A stretch of 61,224 bases of DNA from Candidatus Kaiserbacteria bacterium CG10_big_fil_rev_8_21_14_0_10_45_20 (GTDB lineage: Bacteria > Patescibacteriota > Minisyncoccia > Phycocordibacterales > Phycocordibacteraceae): contig PFBH01000001.1 of the NCBI GenBank assembly GCA_002773335.1, positions 1 to 61,224 on the forward strand, given 5' to 3'. Positions 44,887 through 54,323 of the stretch are shown here, piece by piece. Each line of letters begins with the position of its first letter. The stretch's first letter is position 1. The notes beneath the pieces were generated by a model. That model had not been told where the DNA came from. It was given only the letters and a program-made list of their open reading frames with translations, and made no database searches. Position numbers and translations under genes: made by a program.

Positions 44887-45174
44887 TTATCGCTTTTCAA
44901 TAAAGTCTGGTAACACTGGTTTCTTTGTGTTGCGTGGGTGTGCCCATCGAGACACTCGCGGTTCTTTTGGGGGGCACTCAGGCATATACTCAACAGTTTT
45001 TACCCGAACCCGACCTGTGTTGGAAAACCCAGTAATAATAACAGGTACTCTAAAGGGGACAGGGTGTCTCTTCCCCGAGTTCTTTGCGTAATAGACAAGA
45101 CGGTAAGCATTATTGCCAACCTCAAGCCCCTTTTCCTGGATAACTAAGAAATTCTTGTCAGGGGTGTTTTTCAT
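44887..45174 (-). CDS. hypothetical basic protein (95 aa) wedged between dnaK and dnaJ
   Basis: ORF track. The gaps to dnaK and dnaJ are 8 nt and 2 nt. No recognisable motif. Confidence 0.5.
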   Translation of the reverse strand: MKNTPDKNFLVIQEKGLEVGNNAYRLVYYAKNSGKRHPVPFRVPVIITGFSNTGRVRVKTVEYMPECPPKEPRVSRWAHPRNTKKPVLPDFIEKR

Positions 45175-45182
45175 ACTACAAT

Positions 45183-47114
45183 TTATTCTCCACCTTTCTG
45201 TCCCTTATCCTCTGACCCCTGTTCACTGTCTTCAGATTCTACATCTCGCACGTTTTCTTCTTGAGGCTTTTCTTCAGATTGAGGTTCTTGCCCACCTCCC
45301 TCTGATCCCTGTGCGCTTTTTTGCATATACTCACCTATTTTTTGCATTTCAGCAGAAAGATTTTGTACCGCAGAATTGATTGCGTCTTTGTCATCTCCAT
45401 TTTTTGCTGTCTTTGTTTTTTCTACCGCTTCTTGCACCTGCTTTGCAACGTCTTCCGGAATAGCATCTTTATGGTCTGCGAGTGCTTTTTCTGCGGTGTA
45501 GATCATTTGTTCAGCAGTGTTTCGCACTTCTGCAAGCTCTTTGATTTTTTTGTCAGACTCGGCGTGCGCCTCAGCATCAGTTTTCATCTTTTCAATCTCT
45601 TCTTCAGATAGTCCTGAAGATGCTTCAATCTTTATCGACTGTGTCTTACCGGTAGCTTTATCTTTTGCGGTAACACTCAGGATACCGTTTGCGTCAACGT
45701 CAAACGAAACTTCAATTTGAGGCATACCGCGCGGAGCTGGTGGAATACCGTCCAAGACAAATCTTCCCAAATCTTTGTTATCGCTCGCCATCGCGCGCTC
45801 ACCCTGTACGATATGAATCTCTACCGATGTTTGATTGTCAGCCGCGGTTGAAAACACTTGGCTGTGCGACGTGGGGATGGTGCTGTTCTTCTCAATAAGC
45901 TTTGTTGCAACGCCACCCATAGTTTCAATACCAAGAGAGAGTGGAATCACGTCAAGCAAGAGAACGTCTTTTACGTCACCCTGCATAATCCCGGCTTGAA
46001 TAGCAGCGCCCATTGCCACCACCTCGTCAGGGTTAATGGTTTTGTTCGGCTCTTTTCCAAACACGTCTTTCACCAACTGCTGTATCAACGGCATTCTTGT
46101 TTGTCCACCCACCAACACAACCTCTTCAATATCGGCAGGTTTCATTTTTGCTGACTCTAACACTTGTTTGGTTATTTCAATCGATTTTTCAATGTACTCT
46201 TTCGCCAATGATTCAAGCGTTGAACGGCTCATTTTTAGATCAAGGTGTTTCGGACCGTCTGCGTCAGAGGTGATAAACGGAATGTTGATCTCTGTTTCTG
46301 CCGTACTTGAAAGCTCGTGTTTTGCTTTTTCGGCAGCCTCGTCAAGACGTTGCAGTGCAAGTGGGTCTTTGGTGATATCAATACCCGATTGTTTTTTAAA
46401 CTCTTCTGCAATCCAACGAACAATTTTTTGGTCAATATCCCTTCCTCCCATATGAGAGTCTCCTCCTGTTGCTTTTACCTCAATAACATCATCTCCAACT
46501 TCAAGGACAGAGACGTCAAAGGTTCCTCCTCCAAAGTCATAGACCACTATCTGTTCGTTCTTTCTTTTATTAAATCCGTACGCAAGTGCCGCTGCCGTCG
46601 GTTCGTTTATAATTCTTTTTACTTCCAACCCGGCAATTTTTCCCGCGTCTTTTGTCGCCTTTCTTTGAGCGTCGTTAAAGTATGCGGGTACCGTAATAAC
46701 CGCTTCGGTAACCGGCTCTCCAAGTTTTGCTTCAGCGTCCGCCTTCAGTTTTTGCAAAATCATTGCCGAAACCTCTTCGGGGCGGTAATCTTTATCGGCA
46801 AGTTTTACCATCACCCCCTTATCGCTCCCTTCTTTCACTTCGTACGGAACAATATCTTTGTCTTTCTGCACCACGTCGTCAGAAAACTGGTGCCCCATAA
46901 AGCGCTTAATGCCGTAAATAGTATTTGTCGGGTTAGTTACCGCTTGTCGCTTAGCGATAAGGCCAACGAGTCGGTCACCTGTTTTAGAAATCGCAACAAC
47001 AGAAGGCGTCGTGCGGTTTCCTTCTGCGTTTTCTATAACACGTGGCGCACCACCTTCTATGACAGAAACTGCGGAGTTTGTTGTACCAAGATCAATTCCA
47101 ATTATTTTTCCCAT
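45183..47114 (-). CDS. dnaK: chaperone DnaK (Hsp70)
   Basis: [17 protein letters not shown] and the other Hsp70 signatures. Confidence 0.95.
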   Translation of the reverse strand: MGKIIGIDLGTTNSAVSVIEGGAPRVIENAEGNRTTPSVVAISKTGDRLVGLIAKRQAVTNPTNTIYGIKRFMGHQFSDDVVQKDKDIVPYEVKEGSDKGVMVKLADKDYRPEEVSAMILQKLKADAEAKLGEPVTEAVITVPAYFNDAQRKATKDAGKIAGLEVKRIINEPTAAALAYGFNKRKNEQIVVYDFGGGTFDVSVLEVGDDVIEVKATGGDSHMGGRDIDQKIVRWIAEEFKKQSGIDITKDPLALQRLDEAAEKAKHELSSTAETEINIPFITSDADGPKHLDLKMSRSTLESLAKEYIEKSIEITKQVLESAKMKPADIEEVVLVGGQTRMPLIQQLVKDVFGKEPNKTINPDEVVAMGAAIQAGIMQGDVKDVLLLDVIPLSLGIETMGGVATKLIEKNSTIPTSHSQVFSTAADNQTSVEIHIVQGERAMASDNKDLGRFVLDGIPPAPRGMPQIEVSFDVDANGILSVTAKDKATGKTQSIKIEASSGLSEEEIEKMKTDAEAHAESDKKIKELAEVRNTAEQMIYTAEKALADHKDAIPEDVAKQVQEAVEKTKTAKNGDDKDAINSAVQNLSAEMQKIGEYMQKSAQGSEGGGQEPQSEEKPQEENVRDVESEDSEQGSEDKGQKGGE

Positions 47115-47142
47115 AGTTTTTTTGTTATAGCGTTATTAATTT

Positions 47143-47676
47143 CTACTCACCCGCCTCAAAGCGGTATACGGACACCCGTGCCGGGCGAATAACCTGTTCG
47201 TTTAACCGATAACCGCTTTGAAGGGTTTCTAGTACCGTATTATCTTCTTTTTCTTCTTTTGTTGCAAGTGTCTGCATCGGTTCGTGTAAGTGAGGGTCAA
47301 AAGAGTCTCCTTTTTGAGGGGTAAACTTTTCAACATTCTGTTTCCGTAAGACTTCTTCCAACTGACGACTCAACGCAGACAATCCGTCCAGCACCTGCGC
47401 GTTCTCTTTAAAAGAGTTCTGTGCCGCCTCTAGAGAGTCAAACATAGGAATGACATCGCGCATAACGGTTACTACCGCCTCGCTTGCCACAGAAGAGCGT
47501 AGTTCGCGTAGCCTCCGCTCCAAATTAACATAATCTGCCTTTGCTCTCTGCCATCCGGAGAGGTTCTCATCCCGGTCACTTTTCACCTTCTTTAATTCTG
47601 CTCGGAGATCTTTTAATTTTTGCTCGAGCGTCTCCTCTCCCTCAAACTCGTCTTCAAGAATAATATCGTCACTCAT
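47143..47676 (-). CDS. grpE: nucleotide exchange factor GrpE
   Basis: Coiled-coil N-terminus, a GrpE C-terminal pattern (FDP..HEP, GY.L...VIRPA.V) and operon context. Confidence 0.85.
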   Translation of the reverse strand: MSDDIILEDEFEGEETLEQKLKDLRAELKKVKSDRDENLSGWQRAKADYVNLERRLRELRSSVASEAVVTVMRDVIPMFDSLEAAQNSFKENAQVLDGLSALSRQLEEVLRKQNVEKFTPQKGDSFDPHLHEPMQTLATKEEKEDNTVLETLQSGYRLNEQVIRPARVSVYRFEAGE

Positions 47677-47713
47677 AGGTAGCCTTCATTGTGCCTTATG
47701 TGGATAGTCTTTG

Positions 47714-47754
47714 TCAAAAAAACAGCACGCTTTTACAATGTGCTGTTTTTTTTT
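47714..47754. terminator. bidirectional intrinsic terminator after rpsI
   Basis: A7-ACAGCAC-loop-GTGCTGT-T9. Confidence 0.65.
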
Positions 47755-47767
47755 GCTGAGTACCGTA

Positions 47768-48163
47768 CTATCGCTTACTCCACTGTGGTCGCTTACGAGC
47801 TTTTTTGAGTCCGGGTTTCTTTCGCTCTTTCACTCGAGGGTCGCGTTTCAAGAATTTTTGCTTCTTGAGAGGAGTTCGAAGTTCTGCGTCATGCTCGGTC
47901 AACGCTCGAGAAATGCCGTGACGTACCGCAACTGCTTGTGCCGCAACGCCACCGCCTCGTGCAACTACCGTAACTGAAAAAGTTTCTTCCGTTTGTTCAA
48001 ATGGAGCGAGAACTATCTTTTGCAATTCTTTTGTAGGAAAGTACTCATCAAAAGGTTTATCGTTTACCACAACAGACACCTTTGATGCGGGGGAAATTCG
48101 TACACGAGCATTCGCCGTCTTTCTTCGTCCAATCGCTTCAATATATTTTTTTAATTCAGCCAT
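47768..48163 (-). CDS. rpsI: 30S ribosomal protein S9
   Basis: GRRKTANARVRI and the C-terminal KKARKRPQWSKR. Confidence 0.9.
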   Translation of the reverse strand: MAELKKYIEAIGRRKTANARVRISPASKVSVVVNDKPFDEYFPTKELQKIVLAPFEQTEETFSVTVVARGGGVAAQAVAVRHGISRALTEHDAELRTPLKKQKFLKRDPRVKERKKPGLKKARKRPQWSKR

Positions 48164-48176
48164 ACGTATTAAATAG

Positions 48177-48530
48177 TTATTCAGTTATCGATAAACCTTT
48201 GAGCATATCAGGTCGGAGCTTGTTATTAGGAATCATTCCCTTCACCGCACGCTTTATTACTTCACCAATTCCCCGTCTCTCTCTAAGAGAATCGAGGTTC
48301 TCTTTTTTCAATGCTCCAGGGTAACCAGAGTAACGCACGTACGTCGTCTCGGCGATACGTCCTTCGGTAATACTTAATTTTGAAGCGTTAATGATAGACA
48401 CTTTTACTCCATTCTTCTTATTTCGAGTAAAGTGTGGCGAATTCTTCTCCATAAGGAGGTGCGCTATCTGTGTTGCGAGGCGTCCAAGCTTCATCCCTTT
48501 TGCATCAATAGTGTGTGTTGTAGGTTCCAT
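48177..48530 (-). CDS. rplM: 50S ribosomal protein L13 (short form)
   Basis: HTIDAKGMKLGRLATQIAHLL. The ATG at 48530 avoids an overlap with rplQ. Confidence 0.85.
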   Translation of the reverse strand: MEPTTHTIDAKGMKLGRLATQIAHLLMEKNSPHFTRNKKNGVKVSIINASKLSITEGRIAETTYVRYSGYPGALKKENLDSLRERRGIGEVIKRAVKGMIPNNKLRPDMLKGLSITE

Positions 48531-48540
48531 AATTCTTTTA

Positions 48541-48894
48541 TTACACAAGCTCTATAACAGCGCTCTTTCTTCCGTCAGAAGACTTCTGCACCACTTTCGT
48601 AATGCGCGTATACCCACCGGCGCGGTCTTTAAAGCGAGGGACAATATCTTCAATGATTTTTTTAGCAACAGCCTCTCGTCCGTCAAGGATGGCAATGATA
48701 TCACGTCGTGCGGCAAGAGTACCCTTTTTACCACGAGTAATTAATTTTTCTACATACGGACGAAGCGATTTTGCCTTTGCCTCAGTAGTTAAAATTTTCT
48801 CGTGGATAACGAGTGCTTCCGCCAGAGAAGACATCAACGCCTTACGTTGATCCTTGTCCCGCCCGAACTTTCTTGTTTTGTTGTGATGCTTCAT
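48541..48894 (-). CDS. rplQ: 50S ribosomal protein L17
   Basis: MKHHNKTRKFGRDKDQRKALM. Confidence 0.9.
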   Translation of the reverse strand: MKHHNKTRKFGRDKDQRKALMSSLAEALVIHEKILTTEAKAKSLRPYVEKLITRGKKGTLAARRDIIAILDGREAVAKKIIEDIVPRFKDRAGGYTRITKVVQKSSDGRKSAVIELV

Positions 48895-49853
48895 GCTTTT
48901 AATGATAGACCGAGTGCCTTAAGGGCGTCTTGAACCTCTTTCAAACCTCTCTCACCGAGTCCCTCAAGGGCGAGGATATCAGATTCTGACTTTCTAACCA
49001 AGCCCCCGACTGTTCTGATAGATGCTGTTACGAGGGCGTTTGCTGTGCGTGTTGAAATCCCGTTCAAAGACTCAACTCGAAGCTTCATAGCGTCTTCAGT
49101 AATCTCTTTTGCGGCTTCTTCAGAAATTTGTTGCTCAGCTTCAGGCTCTACCACTGGCTCATCTTCTCTAAAGCCAACAATACTCTTCAGTTGCTGAATC
49201 ATTATAGAGATTGATTGCTCTAAGGCCTCTTTGGGAGAGATGGTTCCGTCGGTTTCAATAGCAATGCGGAGTCGATTAAAGTCTGTTCTGTCGCCGACAC
49301 GCATATTTTCTACTTCGTAGTTAACGCGACGAATCGGGGTAAAAATAGCATCAAGTGCGATAACACCAATGTCTACTCTCTCTTTCTGCATCTGCTCTTT
49401 CGAAACGTAGCCCAACCCTTCAGAGACAGTAAGTTCTGCGTTAAACGACGCGTTTTTATCAGTTAGATCGGCAATGTGCTGATTTGGGTTAAGAATTTCA
49501 ACCTGTCCGGGGCATACTAAATCTCCGGCGGTCAGAGTTTTTATACCTTTCGCAGACAAGGAAACGGTGTGTTCTTCACCATCAAGCACTTTTAATCGAA
49601 CCTTCTTGAGGTTTAAAATAATTGAAATAACATCCTCTTTTACACCCTCTATGGTAGAGAATTCATGAGATACACCGTCAATTTTCAGTGTCGTGACCGA
49701 CCCTCCAGGTATAGAAGAGAGAATAATTCTTCGAAGAGAGTTTCCTAGTGTGTGGCCGTAGCCGGGATAAAGTCCATCAATTTCAAAAACTCCTGAATCT
49801 TTTTCTTCAGAAACAATTCGTGGTTTTGATGGTAGTTGAATAGAATAGTCCAT
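48891..49853 (-). CDS. rpoA: DNA-directed RNA polymerase subunit alpha
   Basis: GYGHTLGNSLRRILLSS-type N-terminal domain, a C-terminal HhH domain and operon position. Confidence 0.9.
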   Translation of the reverse strand: MDYSIQLPSKPRIVSEEKDSGVFEIDGLYPGYGHTLGNSLRRIILSSIPGGSVTTLKIDGVSHEFSTIEGVKEDVISIILNLKKVRLKVLDGEEHTVSLSAKGIKTLTAGDLVCPGQVEILNPNQHIADLTDKNASFNAELTVSEGLGYVSKEQMQKERVDIGVIALDAIFTPIRRVNYEVENMRVGDRTDFNRLRIAIETDGTISPKEALEQSISIMIQQLKSIVGFREDEPVVEPEAEQQISEEAAKEITEDAMKLRVESLNGISTRTANALVTASIRTVGGLVRKSESDILALEGLGERGLKEVQDALKALGLSLKA

Positions 49854-49881
49854 AACGCAATCTTTTTTATTCTGTTAATTA

Positions 49882-50487
49882 TTAACGTGTGTAATACTCG
49901 AACACCGCTCCCATATCTGCCATACCGTCTTGATCAGCAAACACAGGCGTTTCTTTCATTTTTCCTTCAAACGCTCCCGGGTCGAATGTTACCCAGCGCG
50001 GGAACCGGTAGTCAGCAAGTTTTTCGTTTGTATTAGCGAAGAGTGTCGTTGTCCGACTCCCCTCTCTAATTTGTATAGTATCAGTTGTTTTTACCTGGTA
50101 AGAAGGGATGGTGATCCTACGACCGTTAACACAAATGTGACCATGAGAAACAATTTGTCGTGCCGCACGGCGGGTTGAAGAAAGGCCCATACGGTAAATA
50201 ACACTGTCTAAACGCGATTCAAGCAACTGAAAGAGTGTTTCAGTTGGGTTGGTGTGGTTCAACAACGCCTCTGTTACGTATTTTCTAAACTGCTTCTCGC
50301 TCAGTCCATACGTTAAGCGAAGTTTTTGTTTTTCAAGCAGTTGTCTTAAGTACTCACTGCCACCACGTCGACGCTTTTTGCTTTTTGCGCTCCGTGCTTG
50401 CGATACCTGAAATTGTTGCGTTTGGCACTTCTCAAAGATGGGAGAGCCGAGACGTTTACAGATTTTATATTTTGGTCCGATTTTCAT
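49882..50487 (-). CDS. rpsD: 30S ribosomal protein S4
   Basis: GPKYKICKRLG N-terminus and an S4 RNA-binding domain. Confidence 0.9.
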   Translation of the reverse strand: MKIGPKYKICKRLGSPIFEKCQTQQFQVSQARSAKSKKRRRGGSEYLRQLLEKQKLRLTYGLSEKQFRKYVTEALLNHTNPTETLFQLLESRLDSVIYRMGLSSTRRAARQIVSHGHICVNGRRITIPSYQVKTTDTIQIREGSRTTTLFANTNEKLADYRFPRWVTFDPGAFEGKMKETPVFADQDGMADMGAVFEYYTR

Positions 50488-50502
50488 ATAAGTAACATAA
50501 GA

Positions 50503-50937
50503 TTATACGCGACGTGGTTTCGGAGCGCGAGGTCCATTATGTGGAATTGGCGTCACATCGTTAATGGCGTTGATTTGAATCCCTTTTCCGGCAAACGCAC
50601 GCAAGGCTGACTCTCGCCCGGGACCAACTCCTTTAATAAAGACATCCGCTTCTTTTACACCAATTGTCACCGCCTTCTCTCCGATAACTTCTCCTACTTT
50701 TGCGGCAGCAAACGGAGTTCCCTTTCGTGCACCTGCAAAACCGAGGCTCCCTGAAGATGACCACATAAGAATCCCTCCGCTCTTATCAGTCAAAGAAACA
50801 CGGGTGTTGTTAAAGGTCGATTCAACTCGAAGAATCGCTTTTTCAAGACGTGCTTTTGGAATCTTTGAAAGAGCTCGTGATCGCTTTCCTTGATCAGCGC
50901 CCCCTCCTGACATTCTCTGTACTCTTCTTTTACCCAT
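50503..50937 (-). CDS. rpsK: 30S ribosomal protein S11
   Basis: STFNNTRVSLTD...GFAGARKGTPFAA. Confidence 0.9.
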   Translation of the reverse strand: MGKRRVQRMSGGGADQGKRSRALSKIPKARLEKAILRVESTFNNTRVSLTDKSGGILMWSSSGSLGFAGARKGTPFAAAKVGEVIGEKAVTIGVKEADVFIKGVGPGRESALRAFAGKGIQINAINDVTPIPHNGPRAPKPRRV

Positions 50938-50940
50938 ATA

Positions 50941-51321
50941 TTAAGTTTTTTCAAGTTTACGACGACCTGATGACATTGTTCTACGAACGTTTCCACGAAC
51001 GGTTCGTGAGTTTGTTTTTGTTCTCTGTCCACGAGTTGGCATTCCACGAGCGTGACGGATACCGCGGTTTGCTTTTATATCTTTGAGCCTCTTAATGTTT
51101 CCGGCAACCTCTCTGCGAAGATCACCCTCTATAAGGTGCCCTTCAACCGCTGTACGTATCTTTAGCTCTTCGTCAGCGTTTAAATCTTTTGCTTTTTTGT
51201 CTTCAGGTACGCCAACTTCTCTTAAAATTGTACGTGCGCGAACTTGACCAACACCGTACACCGCGGTCAAAGAGAACGCGAGTTGTTTATTGTCTTCAAT
51301 GGTAATACCGGCAATACGCAT
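50941..51321 (-). CDS. rpsM: 30S ribosomal protein S13
   Basis: MRIAGITIEDNKQLAFSLTAVYGVG. Confidence 0.9.
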   Translation of the reverse strand: MRIAGITIEDNKQLAFSLTAVYGVGQVRARTILREVGVPEDKKAKDLNADEELKIRTAVEGHLIEGDLRREVAGNIKRLKDIKANRGIRHARGMPTRGQRTKTNSRTVRGNVRRTMSSGRRKLEKT

Positions 51322-51352
51322 ATAAATAGAGTGTAGAAAATTCTGGATTTGA

Positions 51353-51469
51353 TTAGCCCTGTCTCATTTTTCGACGAGGGTTCTTTTTATTTATTCTGTA
51401 CAAACGACCACGCCTTTTAACAAGGATATCGTCAGGGTGCTGTTTTTTTACTGATGCTCGTACTTTCAT
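51353..51469 (-). CDS. rpmJ: 50S ribosomal protein L36, cysteine-free (YkgO-like) type
   Basis: Translated by hand because it is below the ORF-track cutoff: [38 protein letters not shown]. Sits in the canonical slot between infA and rpsM. Confidence 0.85.
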   Translation of the reverse strand: MKVRASVKKQHPDDILVKRRGRLYRINKKNPRRKMRQG

Positions 51470-51476
51470 AAATAAA

Positions 51477-51695
51477 TTAATGACGTCTCGTTATACGAGC
51501 ACGTCCACCGTATGGATCCTGTATTAAGGTAACTTTATCTCCCACGAGAACTTTGATTCTGTGAAGCCTCATTTTACCGGCAAGGTAGGCTATAACCTCT
51601 TCTCCTCCCTCATCCATTACTACACGAAAGAGTGTATTGGGGAGGGACTCGGTAACAGTCCCCATTGTTTCAAGCTTTTCTCCCGTGTCAGTCAT
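51477..51695 (-). CDS. infA: translation initiation factor IF-1
   Basis: [14 protein letters not shown]...[16 protein letters not shown]. Confidence 0.9.
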   Translation of the reverse strand: MTDTGEKLETMGTVTESLPNTLFRVVMDEGGEEVIAYLAGKMRLHRIKVLVGDKVTLIQDPYGGRARITRRH

Positions 51696-51768
51696 GCCTT
51701 AATGTCAAACCCAGATTGGCTTGAGTAGCATAACAAAAAACACCCCATATAGTCAAGTGTTTTACCCA

Positions 51769-53052
51769 TTATTGAACCTTTAGAGATATCCTATCTGTGC
51801 TTTTTGGTAACACCCCCCTCCAGAACGGGTATACCGATATCTTCATATCATCAATTGCAGGGTAGGTGGACAAAATAAAGCTTACGTTTCTCCTATCTTT
51901 CCCTGCCATGTCTCTTAATAGGGCGTCGTGGTCAAAATAGCCCACAACAGAGCCTTCTCCTGAAATAGTTAATATTACGTTACCTTCGTTTTCTGACTCC
52001 GTAATAGCCAAAGTGAGGGTATTTGCATCTGAAAAGCGCAACTCCCCATCGTAAGAAAGGCCATTTTCTCTTGCGATTAATTGAGCTAACTGCGACTCTG
52101 CAATAGTAGGCGCAGTTGCTGTCGCTTGAACGGAAACGCGCGCCCCATTACCTTCAGGTACGTCTGGTAAGTTTAGAAATGTAACCGTTATTGAGTCGGG
52201 TAGTACAATTAACCCTTCAGGAGTGCTTTCTATAAGGAGCGCCCTTACTTGGCGGTCAAGGTCATTACGGAGCTGTTCAATTGCAACGTCACGGGTCGAC
52301 TGAGCGATAATCGCCTTCTCTCCAACAAATCCTCCTGAAATAGGAGCATCTGACTTTGCAGTAATCTCTGCAAACATATCATCCTGACCTGACTCTTTAA
52401 GTCCGGGAATAGTAAATGTAGACGCGCCGATATTATACGCTTCTCCGGGTTCGTCCGCGTATACAGTGGCGGTAACTTGCCCAGGTACCTTAACGCCATC
52501 TTTCATAGTGTATCCAGGTATAATCACTGGAGCACGCACTCTATAAATTAATCCGTCAGGACTCTCAAAACGAGTGTTGGTAATAAGACGCTGACTCCCT
52601 GTGCTGTGATTATTTAAAACAGTAATAGTACCCGATGCTCTCTCTTCTACTGTTTCTGTGCCTGAACGTGGGACAACGGTCGACATAGTTTCGGTTTTTA
52701 TCTGATTAGAAAAAGAGAGTGATTCTCCATTGGGAGAAGCTTCGAAAGAGTCTGCTATTGCTATAGGGAAAGATTTAACCGCAACAGTGACTTCGGCACG
52801 ATGAAAGATAGCAGAAGCTCCTGCAAATAGTCCGCCAAGCACAATAAGGACAACTCCTGCTATTCCAAGCAAAACGATAAGTGTACGACGAGGAGGTTTG
52901 TTTGAGGATCGTGGCATTGTTTTTTCTGGCGGTGTTGTTGGTGGTTCTGATGCGTCTTCATCTGCAGGCGCCTCTTTTCGTAAAGGCGGACGAATAGGTT
53001 TTGATCGTGCAGGTGGCACAATGTCTTGGATACTTCGACGCTGGTTCATCAT
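51769..53052 (-). CDS. hypothetical membrane-anchored protein (427 aa), possible partner of the upstream actin-fold protein
   Basis: Pro/basic N-terminus (SIQDIVPP), a single TM helix at about residues 58-82 and a large extracytoplasmic domain. Confidence 0.55.
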   Translation of the reverse strand: MMNQRRSIQDIVPPARSKPIRPPLRKEAPADEDASEPPTTPPEKTMPRSSNKPPRRTLIVLLGIAGVVLIVLGGLFAGASAIFHRAEVTVAVKSFPIAIADSFEASPNGESLSFSNQIKTETMSTVVPRSGTETVEERASGTITVLNNHSTGSQRLITNTRFESPDGLIYRVRAPVIIPGYTMKDGVKVPGQVTATVYADEPGEAYNIGASTFTIPGLKESGQDDMFAEITAKSDAPISGGFVGEKAIIAQSTRDVAIEQLRNDLDRQVRALLIESTPEGLIVLPDSITVTFLNLPDVPEGNGARVSVQATATAPTIAESQLAQLIARENGLSYDGELRFSDANTLTLAITESENEGNVILTISGEGSVVGYFDHDALLRDMAGKDRRNVSFILSTYPAIDDMKISVYPFWRGVLPKSTDRISLKVQ

Positions 53053-53123
53053 TGCCTAACAGTATACCACGTTGATAAAAGTGTTTGGGTTATACACCAC
53101 AGCCTGTGGATGTAAAGTTTACA

Positions 53124-54308
53124 CTAATCAAAAGACTCTTCCTTAGCGAATATTCCTTTTTTTGCTTCATAGGTTTTTGCATCGGACGATCCAAAAATAT
53201 CATCAACGGCCATATTAAAAAAGATGGCAAGCAAAGAGAGGTTGGCGCTATGCGTGCCAGTTTCTCCAATTTTTACTAAATCTTGAAAGTTGCTTTGAGT
53301 GAGGGTTTCTATGGTGTGCGAATGTTCAGCTTCATACTGTATACCCTTATTGATCCAACCGGCTTGATTTTTGTCAGTTAACAGAAAGATTTTTCGTGGA
53401 ACCGGTGTATGAGAAGATGCTTTTTTTAAAATTGCACTAAACTCTTTTCGCCAATCGGCAAAAATGGTATCAATTCCTTCCTTTACTTTGGTCTTTTCTT
53501 CAACAGAAAGTTCGTCTCGTGCATAGAGGGCAAGTTTTGAGAGCGAATCTGCAAGAGAGTCTTCGTTTTTTGTAACATCAAATAGACGCGCCATTGTGTA
53601 GTATCCGATTGGAATCGTGGCGAGATACTCGACGGTGTCTTTGTGAACAATAACAACATCAGAAACTTCAGCGCCAATCTCAACCACAATAAAATTTCCC
53701 TCTTCAGAAACCTCGCGTAGCCCTAGGGTGCACACGAGTGGAAACGAGTACAGCGCAACTCTACTATGCGGAAATACGCCTCCTACCGTTTCAAAAAAGG
53801 TCTTTTTTATATCGCTATCAATCTCGCTTTCGTACAGGTGTATCGTCACCAGCTTTCCTTTTATGGCGTTACTGTGGAGAGCTGTTGGGTACCCATTTAC
53901 TCGCACCTGCACAGCAACAGCCTCAAGGTCTTCCCTGCCGGGTTTTGGTGGCTCTTGGTCTTGGTATTTTTGAACGGTCCGTAAAATAGACTCTTGTGTT
54001 ACAGGTACCGACTTTTCAGAAGACGAGTGTATGGTGCGCACACTCGCGTGATACCACGGCGACGAAAGCGCTATTTTAACTGATGTTACTTTTTCGTTTG
54101 CGTATTTTTCTAAAAGTTTTTTGAGTGCAATGTTTGTATGCTGTAAAAGTGCATTTCGAACACGTGTCGAGCCAAAACCAATCGCAACTCGTTCTACCTT
54201 GTCTATAAAAGAAGGGGTTTTTGTATCTGCCTCAACACTCATCATACATCCCTCAACAAATGCAGTGCCGATATGGAGAGCAAGTGTATGAGATTTTTTT
54301 TGTTTCAT
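53124..54308 (-). CDS. actin-fold (PilM/FtsA-like) ATPase
   Basis: Phosphate-1-like LALHIGT and phosphate-2-like IVVEIGAEVSDVVIV. Assignment within the ASKHA fold is uncertain. Confidence 0.45.
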   Translation of the reverse strand: MKQKKSHTLALHIGTAFVEGCMMSVEADTKTPSFIDKVERVAIGFGSTRVRNALLQHTNIALKKLLEKYANEKVTSVKIALSSPWYHASVRTIHSSSEKSVPVTQESILRTVQKYQDQEPPKPGREDLEAVAVQVRVNGYPTALHSNAIKGKLVTIHLYESEIDSDIKKTFFETVGGVFPHSRVALYSFPLVCTLGLREVSEEGNFIVVEIGAEVSDVVIVHKDTVEYLATIPIGYYTMARLFDVTKNEDSLADSLSKLALYARDELSVEEKTKVKEGIDTIFADWRKEFSAILKKASSHTPVPRKIFLLTDKNQAGWINKGIQYEAEHSHTIETLTQSNFQDLVKIGETGTHSANLSLLAIFFNMAVDDIFGSSDAKTYEAKKGIFAKEESFD

Positions 54309-54323
54309 TATTGTAGACGTAGA

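Noticed and set aside
46317-47192. 291-aa + strand ORF, with 46036..46455 and others, opposite dnaK.
   Set aside because: It is entirely antisense to a strongly supported Hsp70 gene. Long antisense ORFs opposite hsp70 are a known codon-bias artefact, and the composition is low-complexity and Cys/Phe/Arg-rich.
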